A DNA stretch of 64,000 nt from IMG/VR virus record IMGVR_UViG_3300047666_000603, positions 1 to 64,000 of that record. One strand, 5' to 3'. Below the pieces are notes generated by a model. That model did no database searches. It saw only the letters and a program-made list of their open reading frames with translations, and was not told the origin of the DNA. Below are positions 36,764 through 49,300 of the stretch, piece by piece. Position 1 is the first letter of the stretch, and each line of letters opens with the position of its first letter. The position numbers and the translations under genes are program-made. Source of the DNA: a virus.

Positions 36764-39700
36764 ATGCAAGAGAGTAAGTCAAACATAATAGACAATAAAT
36801 TATTCTTCGCTGGAAAAATGAATTTGGACTTAACGCCCGAACTCCAAAAGAACGGGGAGTACGGCGCAGCGTTAAATATAAACCCTGTAAATTATGCAGG
36901 GGGCTTTGTCGGCACTCTAACAAACGTAACAGGTAATGAAGAGGTGGATTACACCTTTACAGGACTAACAGCAGACCCATTCATAAAAGTGGTGGGAAGT
37001 AAGCTAGATGAGAAGCGTAGACGTGTCTATTATTTAATATATGCTCAGAATGCTGGAAGCGACCAATACGCATACATTGTCTATTACTCTTACGACACGC
37101 AAGATATTACAACAGTGTTTAGCTCATCCAACCTTCTTGAGTTCGACCCCAACTTCACTATTTCAGACGTAAACATAATTTACGACGATGAATTGGGTGA
37201 CACCCTTATGTGGGTGGATAGAAACACAGAGCCAAAGAGATACAATGTAACAGCGGGAGATAATAGATTCAACAACTACACAGCGGCCACAACAGGATTT
37301 ACAGTGGGCGACATTGTATTTGCAAACGGAGATGAAAGCATTTCCGCGATAAGACAGTTTATTCCCTGCCGCGCATTAACAACAACCAACGACTACCCCG
37401 CAATAGACTATACAACGGGAGAATTAGACACGGTAGACTGGGAAACCCTACCTGTAGGACAATGCTACCCACCATTCTTAGTTGACACCCTATTCTATCA
37501 GAAAGTACCTAGCCCTTATTGGAGTCCAAATGGAACATTTAGGTATGATGATGGAACGGAAGAAGTGGAGGGTGTAGCTACATTTCTAAGAAGAAAGAGT
37601 TATCAGTTTGCTTACGCCTATATTTATTTTGATGGATCATTAAGCGAGGTGAGTCCTTTTAGTGAATCTGTTCTTTCTCAAGAATTGACAAGTGCTATAT
37701 TTACTATTGGAGAGGTAACAGCCAACCCTGACTACCCAACACCATCAGGGATAGACGTTAAAGTTCCAATACATTCATTTAGGTACACGGATGTTGATGA
37801 TGTGGCTTCTGTGACGGAATTTCCCCATGTAATGATAGCGCGGGTTAAGCTGCTTATTCGGGAAGTTCCTACAGATAGAACACCTACGGATTGGCTTGAG
37901 TGGTTAGATATTCCATACGATGAGTTGTATAAATACAACCTGTCAAGCTCAAACATATCAGAGGGGTTTCCTGTGGCGGGAGATGCGGGAACGTATTATT
38001 ACGATTGGTTTTCGGGAAGCTATTCTTCCGCGCCATCAGGAGAAACAAGCCAAATCACCACTATAACAGCTAGATATGACGGAACTCAAACCCTCATTCC
38101 TGTAGATGTAAAATGGGCGTCAACAAACTCTTACGCTTCGCCAAAAAAAGCAAACAGCCAAGACATCTCTGAGAATAGGACAGTGATGGGCGGAACTACA
38201 GACGGAATGAACGTGAGTAGGGATGTGGTGAGTAGTATAAGTGATAACATTAGTTTGGATTTATTTACCCAAACCCCTAATATATCAGTAAACCCAACAC
38301 AAACAGAAATAAACAAATACAACACATCGACAACAAGTCAGTCTTATAACTCTGGTACAGGCTTGTACACTGGTGTTTTTGATTTGCAAGTCCCGCTAGT
38401 TATTGTTAATTTTGATATTCTTTTTCAAGTTGATTTTACTCTTGAGTGGAAAACAATCCAATCAGGCACTGTAACAAGCATAACCTTATACAATATTCAA
38501 ACTAGCGTGTCTGGTATACCTGATGAGTTTGCGACATATAAAGAATTTTTAGAATCAACAATTAACGACCAAACCCCGTTCACCGCAATTGTAGATGATG
38601 CAACAGGAGAATTAACTATTACAAGGGTGTTTAGCTCAACTTTTTCTAACGCATACGATGTAGATATAGTTAGCAACGTGGGCTTTTTCTCTGTAGATAC
38701 TTATCTCCCATTTAGAACATACAAAAACCACTCAACACAACAATTTGGATTTGTATTCAGAGATGAGTTGGGTAGGCCAACACCTGTAATAACGGGGGAT
38801 TGGGCAACCCTATATATCCCTCACTTTATTAACCAAACCAACCAACCACAAATATATGGTGGCTGGATAAAAGGAATAAGTAATTTCACCACGCCTCCCG
38901 AAGCTAGGGTGATGGATATTGTAAGGAAGCGTAGCGAAAGCTTTCAAAACTTCATTCAATTTGCATTAAGCAGTAGCAACACAGTGCAAGAGAATTGGAA
39001 TTGGGATAGACCATACGTAATAGGCTTTGAAAACCTAGAGATAGATGACTCTGTCCCTAGCGTTATACCAAGCAACAAAAACCTTTACATAAGTCTAAAC
39101 TCAGTGAATGGTGGGGATGGAAACGCCTACAACAGCCTTTTTGATAGCGATATACTTTCATTCCTACCACAAGAAGGTGATGTGCTTAGATTTTTGTACA
39201 GGACTGATCAGGATGGAATTATAATTGAAGAGTATAACGCCTCATTTAATATTAGTAAATACGACGATAGAACTAATACAATAGTTATTAACTTCGAGGA
39301 TTTAGAGGAAAACGAGCCTGATTTAGCTGCCTACCTAGAGGGCTTTATTACAGTGTCTTTTGAATGGACTGTTAGAGTGCTGTGTGAGGTGATACAAAAG
39401 CCGACACAATCAGACAATGAGTTTTATTGGGAAACATCCGCACAACTAAGCTGTACGGATGGAGCTGTAGATATAGATGGAACAGCCTTTCAAGGAAACA
39501 TCACTATATTTGGAGATACATACCTAAAGCTAAGGGGGTATTGCGTGACTTACAACTCAGAAAACCCTGCGATAAGTTTTTTCATAAACTTCGTGTTACA
39601 AGACTTAAACTTCAATGACTTTGCTCCAACATGGAACACAGGACAAGGCCGACCTAACAAACAAGTGAGAAGCTTGCGTAGAGGGCAAAATGAGTACGTT

Positions 39701-41002
39701 GAGGTGACTAGAGACAACCTACTGAGGTATTCAGAGCAAAGCATACAGAACACCGATATAAGACGCTACAACCTCTTCTATGATGAAAACATACAAGAAG
39801 TAGATAACGTATACGGAAGAATAGAGAAGATAGACGCAGACGGTGATGTGCTAAACATCTACCAAGAAGATAAGATGAGTAGGGTGTTGGTGGGGCGTTC
39901 CGTGACAACAGAACTTTCGGGCGACCAAAGAATCATAGCAAGCCAAAACAACGTATTCTCAGACGTAATATACAACAGCTTCAATGGAGGAATAAGCATA
40001 GATGGAGACAGCTTCACAAAAAGCGGCTACCAAAAATACTTCACAGACTCCAAGAGAGGAAAAGTGTACCGTCAAAGTATGGATGGGGTGACACCTATTA
40101 GCGAAGTGGGAATGAGTGGTTACTTCAAAGACATCTTCCGCAAAGTAAGAAACAGCTTCACAACACCCGTAGTGAGAGGGATAGTGGATGAGAGAACAGA
40201 CGAATACATTCTAAGCATAACATACAGTGAGGCAGTGGATGTAGAAGTGGTGAGCGCAAACTCAGGTATATTCACATTCCAAAAGCCTGATAGCGCGGTG
40301 GGCTTCATCACATTTGGTGAGGGGCAGCTTATTCTCATAGACCCATCAGCACTCACCACGAAATACTCCCCATCAGAACTAGCGATAGCAGCAAATGAAA
40401 CAGCCGCAGGAGTAATAACAGTGAGTCAAAATCCATTAGACCTACTCGTACCGGGTGACATTGTAAGAGCAAGCATACCAAAGAACGAAACCCTTGTATA
40501 TAGTGAGAGAACAAAAGGATGGACAACATTCTTAGGATACACAGCAGAGTGGCTAGAGGGCGGAATACAGAGTTATCACACCTTCTTTAACGGAGAGATG
40601 TGGTTTCACGACCTCGGCAACACAGACTACAACACATTCTTTGGAACATTACAAGACAGTAGTGTAGTGGTGTATGGAAACAAAGCCCCTGAATTGACAA
40701 AATATTGGAGGAACATTTCCGCAAAAACCAAAGCACAAAACATAGAAATAGGAGAGGGTGGAATTACAACATCAGAAGAGCAAGTGAGCCACCTCCCTGC
40801 TACAATGTTTGAAAATCGCGAAGGTTCACAACACGCTCCATTCTTAGGGGAGGGAACAGGAACAGGCGTAAACATAGGGGATAAATTAAGAGGCCGTTGG
40901 GTAAAGACACTCATCACCCTACCTAGTGACGCAGAGGACAACCAAGAGTTCAAGCTATTTGGTGTAGCCTTCATAAGCGGAGAGAGTGGATTAACTTATT
41001 AG
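36764..41002 (+). CDS. tail stabilization/muzzle protein (P22 gp10-like, crAss-type)
   Basis: FFAGKMNLDL..GEY.AALNI start, YQFAYAYIYFDG..S.VSPFS, YFTDSKRGKV, KGWTTFLGY, LRGRW. Confidence 0.75.
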   Translation: MQESKSNIIDNKLFFAGKMNLDLTPELQKNGEYGAALNINPVNYAGGFVGTLTNVTGNEEVDYTFTGLTADPFIKVVGSKLDEKRRRVYYLIYAQNAGSDQYAYIVYYSYDTQDITTVFSSSNLLEFDPNFTISDVNIIYDDELGDTLMWVDRNTEPKRYNVTAGDNRFNNYTAATTGFTVGDIVFANGDESISAIRQFIPCRALTTTNDYPAIDYTTGELDTVDWETLPVGQCYPPFLVDTLFYQKVPSPYWSPNGTFRYDDGTEEVEGVATFLRRKSYQFAYAYIYFDGSLSEVSPFSESVLSQELTSAIFTIGEVTANPDYPTPSGIDVKVPIHSFRYTDVDDVASVTEFPHVMIARVKLLIREVPTDRTPTDWLEWLDIPYDELYKYNLSSSNISEGFPVAGDAGTYYYDWFSGSYSSAPSGETSQITTITARYDGTQTLIPVDVKWASTNSYASPKKANSQDISENRTVMGGTTDGMNVSRDVVSSISDNISLDLFTQTPNISVNPTQTEINKYNTSTTSQSYNSGTGLYTGVFDLQVPLVIVNFDILFQVDFTLEWKTIQSGTVTSITLYNIQTSVSGIPDEFATYKEFLESTINDQTPFTAIVDDATGELTITRVFSSTFSNAYDVDIVSNVGFFSVDTYLPFRTYKNHSTQQFGFVFRDELGRPTPVITGDWATLYIPHFINQTNQPQIYGGWIKGISNFTTPPEARVMDIVRKRSESFQNFIQFALSSSNTVQENWNWDRPYVIGFENLEIDDSVPSVIPSNKNLYISLNSVNGGDGNAYNSLFDSDILSFLPQEGDVLRFLYRTDQDGIIIEEYNASFNISKYDDRTNTIVINFEDLEENEPDLAAYLEGFITVSFEWTVRVLCEVIQKPTQSDNEFYWETSAQLSCTDGAVDIDGTAFQGNITIFGDTYLKLRGYCVTYNSENPAISFFINFVLQDLNFNDFAPTWNTGQGRPNKQVRSLRRGQNEYVEVTRDNLLRYSEQSIQNTDIRRYNLFYDENIQEVDNVYGRIEKIDADGDVLNIYQEDKMSRVLVGRSVTTELSGDQRIIASQNNVFSDVIYNSFNGGISIDGDSFTKSGYQKYFTDSKRGKVYRQSMDGVTPISEVGMSGYFKDIFRKVRNSFTTPVVRGIVDERTDEYILSITYSEAVDVEVVSANSGIFTFQKPDSAVGFITFGEGQLILIDPSALTTKYSPSELAIAANETAAGVITVSQNPLDLLVPGDIVRASIPKNETLVYSERTKGWTTFLGYTAEWLEGGIQSYHTFFNGEMWFHDLGNTDYNTFFGTLQDSSVVVYGNKAPELTKYWRNISAKTKAQNIEIGEGGITTSEEQVSHLPATMFENREGSQHAPFLGEGTGTGVNIGDKLRGRWVKTLITLPSDAEDNQEFKLFGVAFISGESGLTY

Positions 41003-41016
41003 AGCGTCATTCCTTT

Positions 41017-41052
41017 CAATAACAAACAACAGTGTGATAGTGGTTAATTTCG
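41017..41052 (+). promoter_or_regulatory. putative late promoter CAATAAC-N21-TAATTTCG
   Basis: upstream of ejection-protein operon. Confidence 0.7.
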
Positions 41053-41070
41053 CATAAAAGCAAATATACT

Positions 41071-41802
41071 ATGTCTCCTACCGTAATTCCTCTTGCAATT
41101 CAGGGCGCAACGTCATTAGCTCAAACAGTGGGTGGGCTAATAGGCGGAAATAAAGCACGTAAAGAATACGAGAACGCAGAAGTTCCCAACTATTTCGATA
41201 CAGCAGCCTATCAAACAGCAGAGAGTTCTGCAAATCAAGCATATAGATACGCCCAAGAAGGACTACCCGAAGCATCAAGACGGATGCAGGAGGATATGAT
41301 AGGGCGAAGCGGCGCAGCCTCATTAGCCTCTCAAGGCAGTTTACGCTCAGGAATAGCGGGTGTAGGCCAAACAGCACAATCAATGTCTGATAGTTATCGA
41401 CAGCTATCAAGTATGGACGCACAGCAGAGAATAGCCAATCGCGGCCAATATTTTAGTCAACTCGGCAATCTTCAAGACGCTCAAAACGTACAAGCAGACA
41501 GAGAGTATGGGCAGTTCCTAAACCAACAAGCGGGGAGGCTATCAAGAATGACAGCTAACAGGAACACAATGAACCAAGGGATACAAGGAATAAGCCAAGC
41601 GGGAACATTAGCATTTCAAGCAGGGTTAACACCAAAAGAGTTTGGAGGTTTTCTAGGAAGCGGAAATGGCGGACAGCAATCAATGGGTGGTGGAGTAAAC
41701 CAAAACGCACAAGGGGGAATGGGCGGATTCTTTAACCCAATGAACACGCTACTCGGACAAGGATTACAACAGCAAGGGGTATTCCAACTAGGTAAGTATT
41801 AA
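41071..41802 (+). CDS. internal virion/ejection protein
   Basis: G/A/Q-rich with hydrophobic N-terminus; podovirus position after muzzle. Confidence 0.6.
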   Translation: MSPTVIPLAIQGATSLAQTVGGLIGGNKARKEYENAEVPNYFDTAAYQTAESSANQAYRYAQEGLPEASRRMQEDMIGRSGAASLASQGSLRSGIAGVGQTAQSMSDSYRQLSSMDAQQRIANRGQYFSQLGNLQDAQNVQADREYGQFLNQQAGRLSRMTANRNTMNQGIQGISQAGTLAFQAGLTPKEFGGFLGSGNGGQQSMGGGVNQNAQGGMGGFFNPMNTLLGQGLQQQGVFQLGKY

Positions 41803-41805
41803 GAA

Positions 41806-43368
41806 ATGGCAGACGAAGCAAGATTACAACCGTTAATCCAACAAGCCTACGGAACAGGTGTTCAAGGATTAGACACAAGCGGAATACAAGACGTATTTAC
41901 TAAAGATGTAGCTAAGAAGGAGAAAGAATACAAGTCTGCCTTAGATATAGGTAGTGATCTTGGCGCACAATATTACACAAAGATAGGTGACGGGTTAGAT
42001 TCTATAATAGATGAAGCAACAAGCGGAAACCTAACAGTGGGTAGCCCTGCTTGGCTCAATAAAGTGGGGAAGCTAAGGAACGCCGCCATTCAAACAAAAC
42101 AAATACAGGACACCTCAGAAGAAATGGGGAACATATTAAGAGATAAGCCTGACACAAACATATTTTACTACACCAATGAGAACGGTGAGCAAGTGGCGGG
42201 AGGATATGACGACTACCTCACCCAAGTGGATAGCCTTCTCAGCCAAGACTACGAAAACGTAGGTGAGTTGCAAAACAAACACTCTACATTACTTCAAGGC
42301 TTTAAACCTATGAGGCAGGGGTTCACTGAAGGGTATGATAGCCTAAGAAATGGCGCACAGGAATTAAGCGTCCTACTGCATAAAGGTGGTGGTACTGAAA
42401 GAAGTGTTCCTGTAACATCAAGGGCGGGTAACTCATACACAGCGAGAACAACGTCAACACTTTCTACCGAACAGGTGGAGGGAGCTGTAGCAACATTTGT
42501 AGATCAACACGAAGAATTTCTAACAGATGATTATTACGTAAAGAAGCGTAATGGACAAACAGACGCAACTAGTCCTAAGGAGTACGTTCAAGGGGCTATA
42601 GATAGAATGCTTATAAAGACAGCCGCGAGTGAGCAGAAAGGAACAATACCCACACCGAAGGATGATAAAAGTAAAAGCCTATCAATAAGAAGGTCTGGGA
42701 GCGGATGGGAAAACGATGATTTCATGTTTGAAAGGATAAGTGAAACAGAAGTGGCTGTAAACTCAAAAGGAAATACGGAGCCTAATAAGGTTTGGAGGGG
42801 TATTGATGAGTTGGGGGGTGAGGATGGAGCGCAAGGGGAAAAGAAGAGTTTAACCTCTGTTGTTTTTAAAGATGGAAAGTTTTACGCTAAATTGGTTGGT
42901 GAAAACCTATTAGAACCCGTTTTAGTTGATTTTGATAAGAATGGAAAACTACTAGCTGATTTTTATGGTGTAACAAAAGAGTCTGCTAAAGAAATTTTAG
43001 GAATGAGTGATTCGGGAGATGCCACACCGAATAATGAAACTATTATGGGTTTAGGTGATCCATTTCCCACTAATCAAGAAATAGACCCTAACGTTGTTGA
43101 TAATAAGGCGTGGGGGCAAGAGGTGGATGATAAGATAAGAAGTACTTCTCGTAAATCTAACACTAAAGATGCATCAAAATGGTTGCTAAATATAGACGGT
43201 GTTACAAATATTGAAACAAGTTTAGGATACATCACTACTGTTACAGTAGATGGGAAAACGTATAATTTAGGAACTGTTCGTGGGGCAGATGAATTAAATA
43301 CAGTTCTTAGAAGGAAAGCACCAACAGGAACAGGTGATACAAAATTAGTGGGAGGAAATGTAAGGTAA
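41806..43368 (+). CDS. internal virion/ejection protein
   Basis: 520 aa, between small and giant ejection proteins. Confidence 0.5.
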   Translation: MADEARLQPLIQQAYGTGVQGLDTSGIQDVFTKDVAKKEKEYKSALDIGSDLGAQYYTKIGDGLDSIIDEATSGNLTVGSPAWLNKVGKLRNAAIQTKQIQDTSEEMGNILRDKPDTNIFYYTNENGEQVAGGYDDYLTQVDSLLSQDYENVGELQNKHSTLLQGFKPMRQGFTEGYDSLRNGAQELSVLLHKGGGTERSVPVTSRAGNSYTARTTSTLSTEQVEGAVATFVDQHEEFLTDDYYVKKRNGQTDATSPKEYVQGAIDRMLIKTAASEQKGTIPTPKDDKSKSLSIRRSGSGWENDDFMFERISETEVAVNSKGNTEPNKVWRGIDELGGEDGAQGEKKSLTSVVFKDGKFYAKLVGENLLEPVLVDFDKNGKLLADFYGVTKESAKEILGMSDSGDATPNNETIMGLGDPFPTNQEIDPNVVDNKAWGQEVDDKIRSTSRKSNTKDASKWLLNIDGVTNIETSLGYITTVTVDGKTYNLGTVRGADELNTVLRRKAPTGTGDTKLVGGNVR

Positions 43369-43369
43369 T

Positions 43370-46300
43370 ATGGAAGATGAATTAGATGTTGTTTTAAAAG
43401 ATTATGTTACTACGGCTAATAGTGGTAAGTATGACTCTTGGGAGGCTATCAATGAAAAGTTTCCCGAACTAAAAGACTACGACCAACAAGCCTTAAAGGA
43501 TTATGTAAGCACAGCCAATAGTGGGGAGTATAATTCTTGGGAGGAAATAAACACTAAGTTCCCTGAAATTTTTGAAAGCCAAGGAGGGGCTGATGTGGGA
43601 AAGCCGCAGGGCGAAATGGATTCTACGCAGTTGTCGGAAGAGTCCGTTTCGGATGGTGGTGGATTGACGGAGACAGTTGGTGCTTCGGAGTCACAAGAAC
43701 CTCCAAAGCAAAAAAAGGATAAATACCTTACAGGGGTTTTGGGTGATATGGTGGATTCTATGGATAGCCCAATGTCTTCCGTGGGGTGGTTGGGGATGGG
43801 TGACTTTATTGATGATATGGCTAGAGCTGTAGGCTCTGGTTTAGCGCAAGGAGATAAATCATCCGCAGCTAAAAAACTAGCAGAAAATACAGATGAAGAA
43901 ACAATAGATAGGTTTATAGCAGCCTCGGAAACTGTAAATAGTATAGAGCCTTCAGATGAAATGAAGAACTACCAAAGAATATACGAGGAAGAGGGTAGTG
44001 GGTTTTATGGTGTAATAAAGGGGTTAGCTAAAAACCCTAGCGTGGTTTCTGAAATAATGGTAAGTTCTCTTGTCGCTATGGGGTCAAATCCCGAATCAGT
44101 AGAAGCTTTTGTTGAGGGTGTCGGCACAGGTACAGCGGGAGGTGCGGTGGTAGGTTCTGTTGTGCCGGGTCTTGGAACAGCCGCAGGTGCAGCCGTTGGA
44201 TTTACAGGCTCTATTCCTATTGCTATTGGTGCTGCCACTGCCACTTTAGAATACGGAGCTACTTTTGCCGAACTTCTTGAAGAAGAAATAGGCGCGGATA
44301 TAACGAAGGAAAGCGTAAAGTCCGTACTTCAAGATAAAGACGCTCTTAATAGAATGAAAAGAAAGGCCGTAATTCGCGGCGTTACTATTGGTGTTATAGA
44401 CGCTTTGACAGGAAAACTAGCGGGTAGCGTCGGTGTTAAGATAGCAACAAAAGGAACTAGGGCGGCAAGAGTTGGAGGGGCGGCTACCGCTACAGTTATA
44501 GAAGGTGTTGGTGGTTCTACAGGGGAGGCAACAGCAAGAGCGGCTATTGGTCAGGAAATGGATGTTTCAGATATAGCGTTAGAAGGTATAGCGGAATTTC
44601 CAATGGCTATTCCTAACCTAGCGGCAGAAACAGCCCGTCAAAAAATAACAGTGAAGGACGCGGCAAAAGCCATTTCACCAAAGGCAAAATACACTGTGGC
44701 CGACGAAGAAGTGAGTAGAGCTGAATTTATGGAGCTAATAAAGGGAGCTACACCCGAAGAGATTGCTCAAATGCCGCTACAGGTGGACAACGACCTTGAG
44801 CTAGAGCAGCAGCTAAATGAGACTTTTAATAAAGCAAGAATAACCACAGATACAAAACAAGCTTACCCTAACCTCTCAGAAAGCGATGTAGATAAGGTGG
44901 TGGGATTGCAACGGGAAATAGATGCGTTAGAAGATAATAAAACAGAAGCGGGGAAGACGAAGAAGTCAGAACTAAGGGGTCAAGTAAAGGAAATAATAGC
45001 ACCCAAAGAAACACAAGAGGGTGAATCACGATCAGACCCTAAAGTAGATAGGTTGAATGAACTGGATGAAAAGGCAAAGTCAAAAGTTTCACAGAAAGGG
45101 CTTATTGGAAAACTTGAGGACTTCGTTTTAGGAAAGGAAGAGAGGGGCTTAACTGAACAAGAGCGAACTGAGAAAGGTCAGCTTAAAGGAGAGGTTCGTC
45201 AATCTGCTTACGAATCAAATCCAGATGAATACAACTCTAGGATGGATGATTTAAACAGAATAGATGATGATTTGAACTCAAATGAGGAGTTTATCAATAC
45301 AAGGAAGAGGGCTGATGAACTTCAATACAAGGGTAATGAAGGAAAATTATCAAGACGGGAAGATAAAGAGTATGATGCCATAATTGATAAGCTTGGTAAG
45401 TTTTATGCGCCCCACGACAAGGCTTCCGCTGAGTTTGATGCATGGGTCAATGAAACAGCAAACAAGAACGCAAAAACAACAAAGGAAGAATTTAAAGCGG
45501 GTGACACGGTAGAGCTAGAGGTAACACCGCAAAAAGAACAAACAAATGAAAAGCAACAAGAAGAAGGTGGCGTACAGCCCCAAGAAGAAGCCAAGCAAGC
45601 CAACGAAGAAGATGGGCGGCAAGAAGAAATAACAACGCAAGCAGATGGCAAAGAAAAAACAGAACCCCTGTTGGAAGGGATGGGAGATGATAGGAACCAA
45701 GAAAAAGGGGGGCAAGACGGTTCCCAACTGCGTCCCCAAGAAACCGAAGTAGCACCCGCCAAGCAAGTAGAAACACTCCGCGCAAAAGAACAAGCAGAAC
45801 TACTAAAGGCTATACCCAATATAGAGGAAGCAAGAGTGGATGGTGAGGTAGATAGAGCCAAACTATCAGAGGCAGACAGAAAGACTTTTGATAAAATCTA
45901 TGATAAGTACGACAAGCTAATTAGTCCTTTATTGGAGGAATCCGCACCTAAAAAGCAAAAAACAGAGCAAGAAGAAATAGATAACCTACCCGTTGTAGAG
46001 GACGTTCCTGACGGAGCCGTGGTGGAAGGTGAGATAGAAATGAAGGAAGCCGTGGTTGAGGAAGCCGCCACCAAAGAGACAGAAATAGCAGAGCCTACAA
46101 CGAAATCAATTCCAACACTTAAAGAAGGAAATGAGGCCACCGTTCCCTTAACGGAAAATGTAGAGGCAAAGATAAAGGTTAAGGAACTTCCTGACGGAGA
46201 ACTTGCGTATTCTATAACAATAGAAAGAGACGGGCAAGTGATAGAGGATAAGGACGGGAACACAGAGATGGAATTTCTCACCAAAGAAGAAGCCGCCACG

Positions 46301-49300
46301 CATATAACTAAGAAGCAGAAGGGGTTTAAGTTAGCTAAACAACCAAAAACAACCAAGCCTGTTACGGTGGAGCAAGTGAAAGACACCTATATAGAGGGTG
46401 ATGAGGTGGAGTTTAGTGTATTTGGGGGAACAGAAAAGGGAACCATCCTACCAAACGGAAGAGTAAAGTCTAAGAGTGGAACAAACTACAGGATAGGAAG
46501 CGGAATAGGTCAAGCCACGATAAATGAAAACCTAGACAGTGCTTTTCAAAAAGGCGCAAGACAGGCTATTAAGTTCCTTGATGATGTAGATAAAAAACTA
46601 GCAAAACAGAGTAGGGAAACATTAGGAATGAACCTACCCATTGCTATTGCTCAATCCGCTGTAAAGGTAGCTAAAGCGGCTATTAAGGCGGGGGCAACAG
46701 TGGCTAATGCAATTGAAAAGGCAATTCAGACAGTGAGGGATTCGGATTGGTACAAAAACCTATCAACCAAGGAGCAAACACAGGCCGAAGAGGATGTGAA
46801 GAAACTATTCAACGCCCCACCGAAATCAGTGCCAACAAAAGCCGAGGCTAAGAAAATAGTTGATGGGGCTGTGCAGCAATCAGAAGAAGCATTGAGAAGC
46901 CCAACCGTAAACCCATTAAACAAGAAGGGAAGGCAGAACATCGTTAATAAGCTACGTTCATGGTTCACGGACAGGCAGGGAACCGTTAAGCAGTTTATAA
47001 GAAGAATGAACCTCCCAAACGCAGAGGCTTTCCTTATAAATGCAAAAGGCGCAAGCGGATATGCAAGCAAACTTTATGAGGGGTTTCATAAGTCAATTTA
47101 CGGGGGGCTAAAATCAGACCTAGCAGAGACGCTAGATAGAATAATATTCCTACGCAGGGTGGTGCAGATTGACGACTCACGAGATGCAGCGGGAGAACTC
47201 CGCGTAAAACACCCAAACAACATCAATAGAGAAATAGCAATTGTTGAACTTGAAAACTTAAAGGAAGAGCTAGGAGACGAGAAGTACAACAGCCTATTAG
47301 AAAGAAGTGACGCTTATTTCGATTCCTTTAGAGAGGTGTTGAAGATGTCATACAAAGAAGGCTTGATAGATGAGGAGACATACAATAAGTTTAAGGACAA
47401 CAACTACCAACCGCGTAAGTTTATTAAATACATATTTGACCCCAATGTAGGTGAATCACAGAAAAACGCAGCCCTACAGAGATTGGCTAGGGAGAATGGG
47501 GTGAGGCAAGAAGTAATAAAGTCGTTAGCAGACGGTAGTACAGAGGAGATATTCTTAGACTCTCGTTTTCTTTTACAGGCAAGTATAAACTCCCTTACAA
47601 AAAGAATAGCACAAAATAAAGCCAATAGAAAGCTAATAGACGACTACAATAAACTTTCCGAAGAAGAGAAGGCCGAAGCCCCTGAAATGAGACAGAGGAA
47701 GCCTATAGCCAAAACAAAGCAAGGTAACTTAGTTTACCCACAAAATCCTGATGGATATTCAGTGGTGTATTATTACGAAGGCGGTCAGCAGAAGTCATTC
47801 TTCTTGCAAGATGATTTGTACGAGCAATGGTATGACTTTAGTAGTAGTATGAACTCCGATTGGGAGAAAGTTATCAGTACGATTTCAGGCAGTAGGCTAT
47901 TGAAAGCTATGGCTACGGGGTTAAATCCTTTATTTATCGCAGCAAACATCCCCCGTGACTTTGGACACATACTTCTTTTTACAGACGCGTATGATAGCGC
48001 AAAAGTATTGGGGGTTCCCATTCTTCCTATTAACGCTTTAAAATTAGCGCGAGACGGAGCTAAGGATTTCTTTGGTTTAATAGCGGGAAATAAAGCCACA
48101 ACAGACCTTCTTAGTCAAGCGGCGGAAGATGGTATGTTAATGGATTTCCTTTCTATACAAGGGAAACCTAAAGGCGGTAAGGTTGCTCGATCTGTTGGTG
48201 GGGCAAGAAAAATATTACGTGGAGCAGCAGATATGGCGGCATATCTAGGAGAGAAGTCTGAGATTGCATTTAGGCTTTCGGTTTATCGAAGACAAATAAA
48301 AGAACTCTCTAAGGAATTTAAAAAAGAAAATGGATCAGACCCGCAGGGGGTGGACTTAGAAAACATTAGGGGTAGGGCAGCGGCTAAAGCGCGAAGTATA
48401 ATTGACTTTAATCAGGGTGGAACTGTTACTAAATCAGCAGAGGCGGCTCTTCCATACATAAGCGCAGCCACACAGGGGGCGAGAGTGGCAGCAGACTACA
48501 TGACAAACCCGAAATCAATTAAAGATTTCATGACTAAATCAGCGCAAGCGGCGGGGTTTGTGGCGGGTATCACTTTATATAATCTATCTTATGGAGAAGA
48601 AGATTGGGAAAACGTACCAGATTGGGAAAAGTTAAGGTATTTTATTTTCCTCCTCCCTTGGAAGGATAAGGATGGAAATAGAGAATACCTACGTCTAGCT
48701 AAAACTCAGCAAGCCATTCCCTTATTTAACATAGTAGAGCATACCACAGAATCACTCATAAGAGAATCAAGGGGTACGGACACGGAGGCAAGCTACCAAA
48801 TGAGAGAGGATAGAATGGTGGAGTCACTGAAAGAGTTTATGCCTGTAAACCCATCGGATGTAGCGTCAAGAAACCCGCTAATCAGTTCAGCAGCATCGTA
48901 CATAACAAACTACGATCTTTATAAAGATAGACCTGTGACAAGAGACTTCAATAAGGTTCTCCCTTACTATGAGGGTGCTAATGACCCGCGAATAGAGGAG
49001 TTTTATAAAGCGATAGGGAGAGAAACAGGAATGTCTCCCGCAAGAGGGAAAGCAGCAATAGAGAAGATAATTACAAGTCCGACAACAAATCCATTAGTGG
49101 GTCTTGCATACGCGGCGGGTGAGTCAATAGTGGCAGATAAGGATGCTGAAAAACAACTACAGAAGTTTGCTAAAAAAACTTTTGAAGGTGTGTCTAGGAA
49201 GTTTTACAGGTCAACATATCCTGAGTGGAAGTCATTTAAGGAAAAGGAAATTGTTGAATTTTACAAGCTAGAAAACGCCACAGAAAAGAGGAGGATAAAC

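Noticed and set aside
44005-48099. Antisense ORFs within large genes (here and throughout)
   Set aside because: These are shadow frames of long motif-bearing genes with no protein features.
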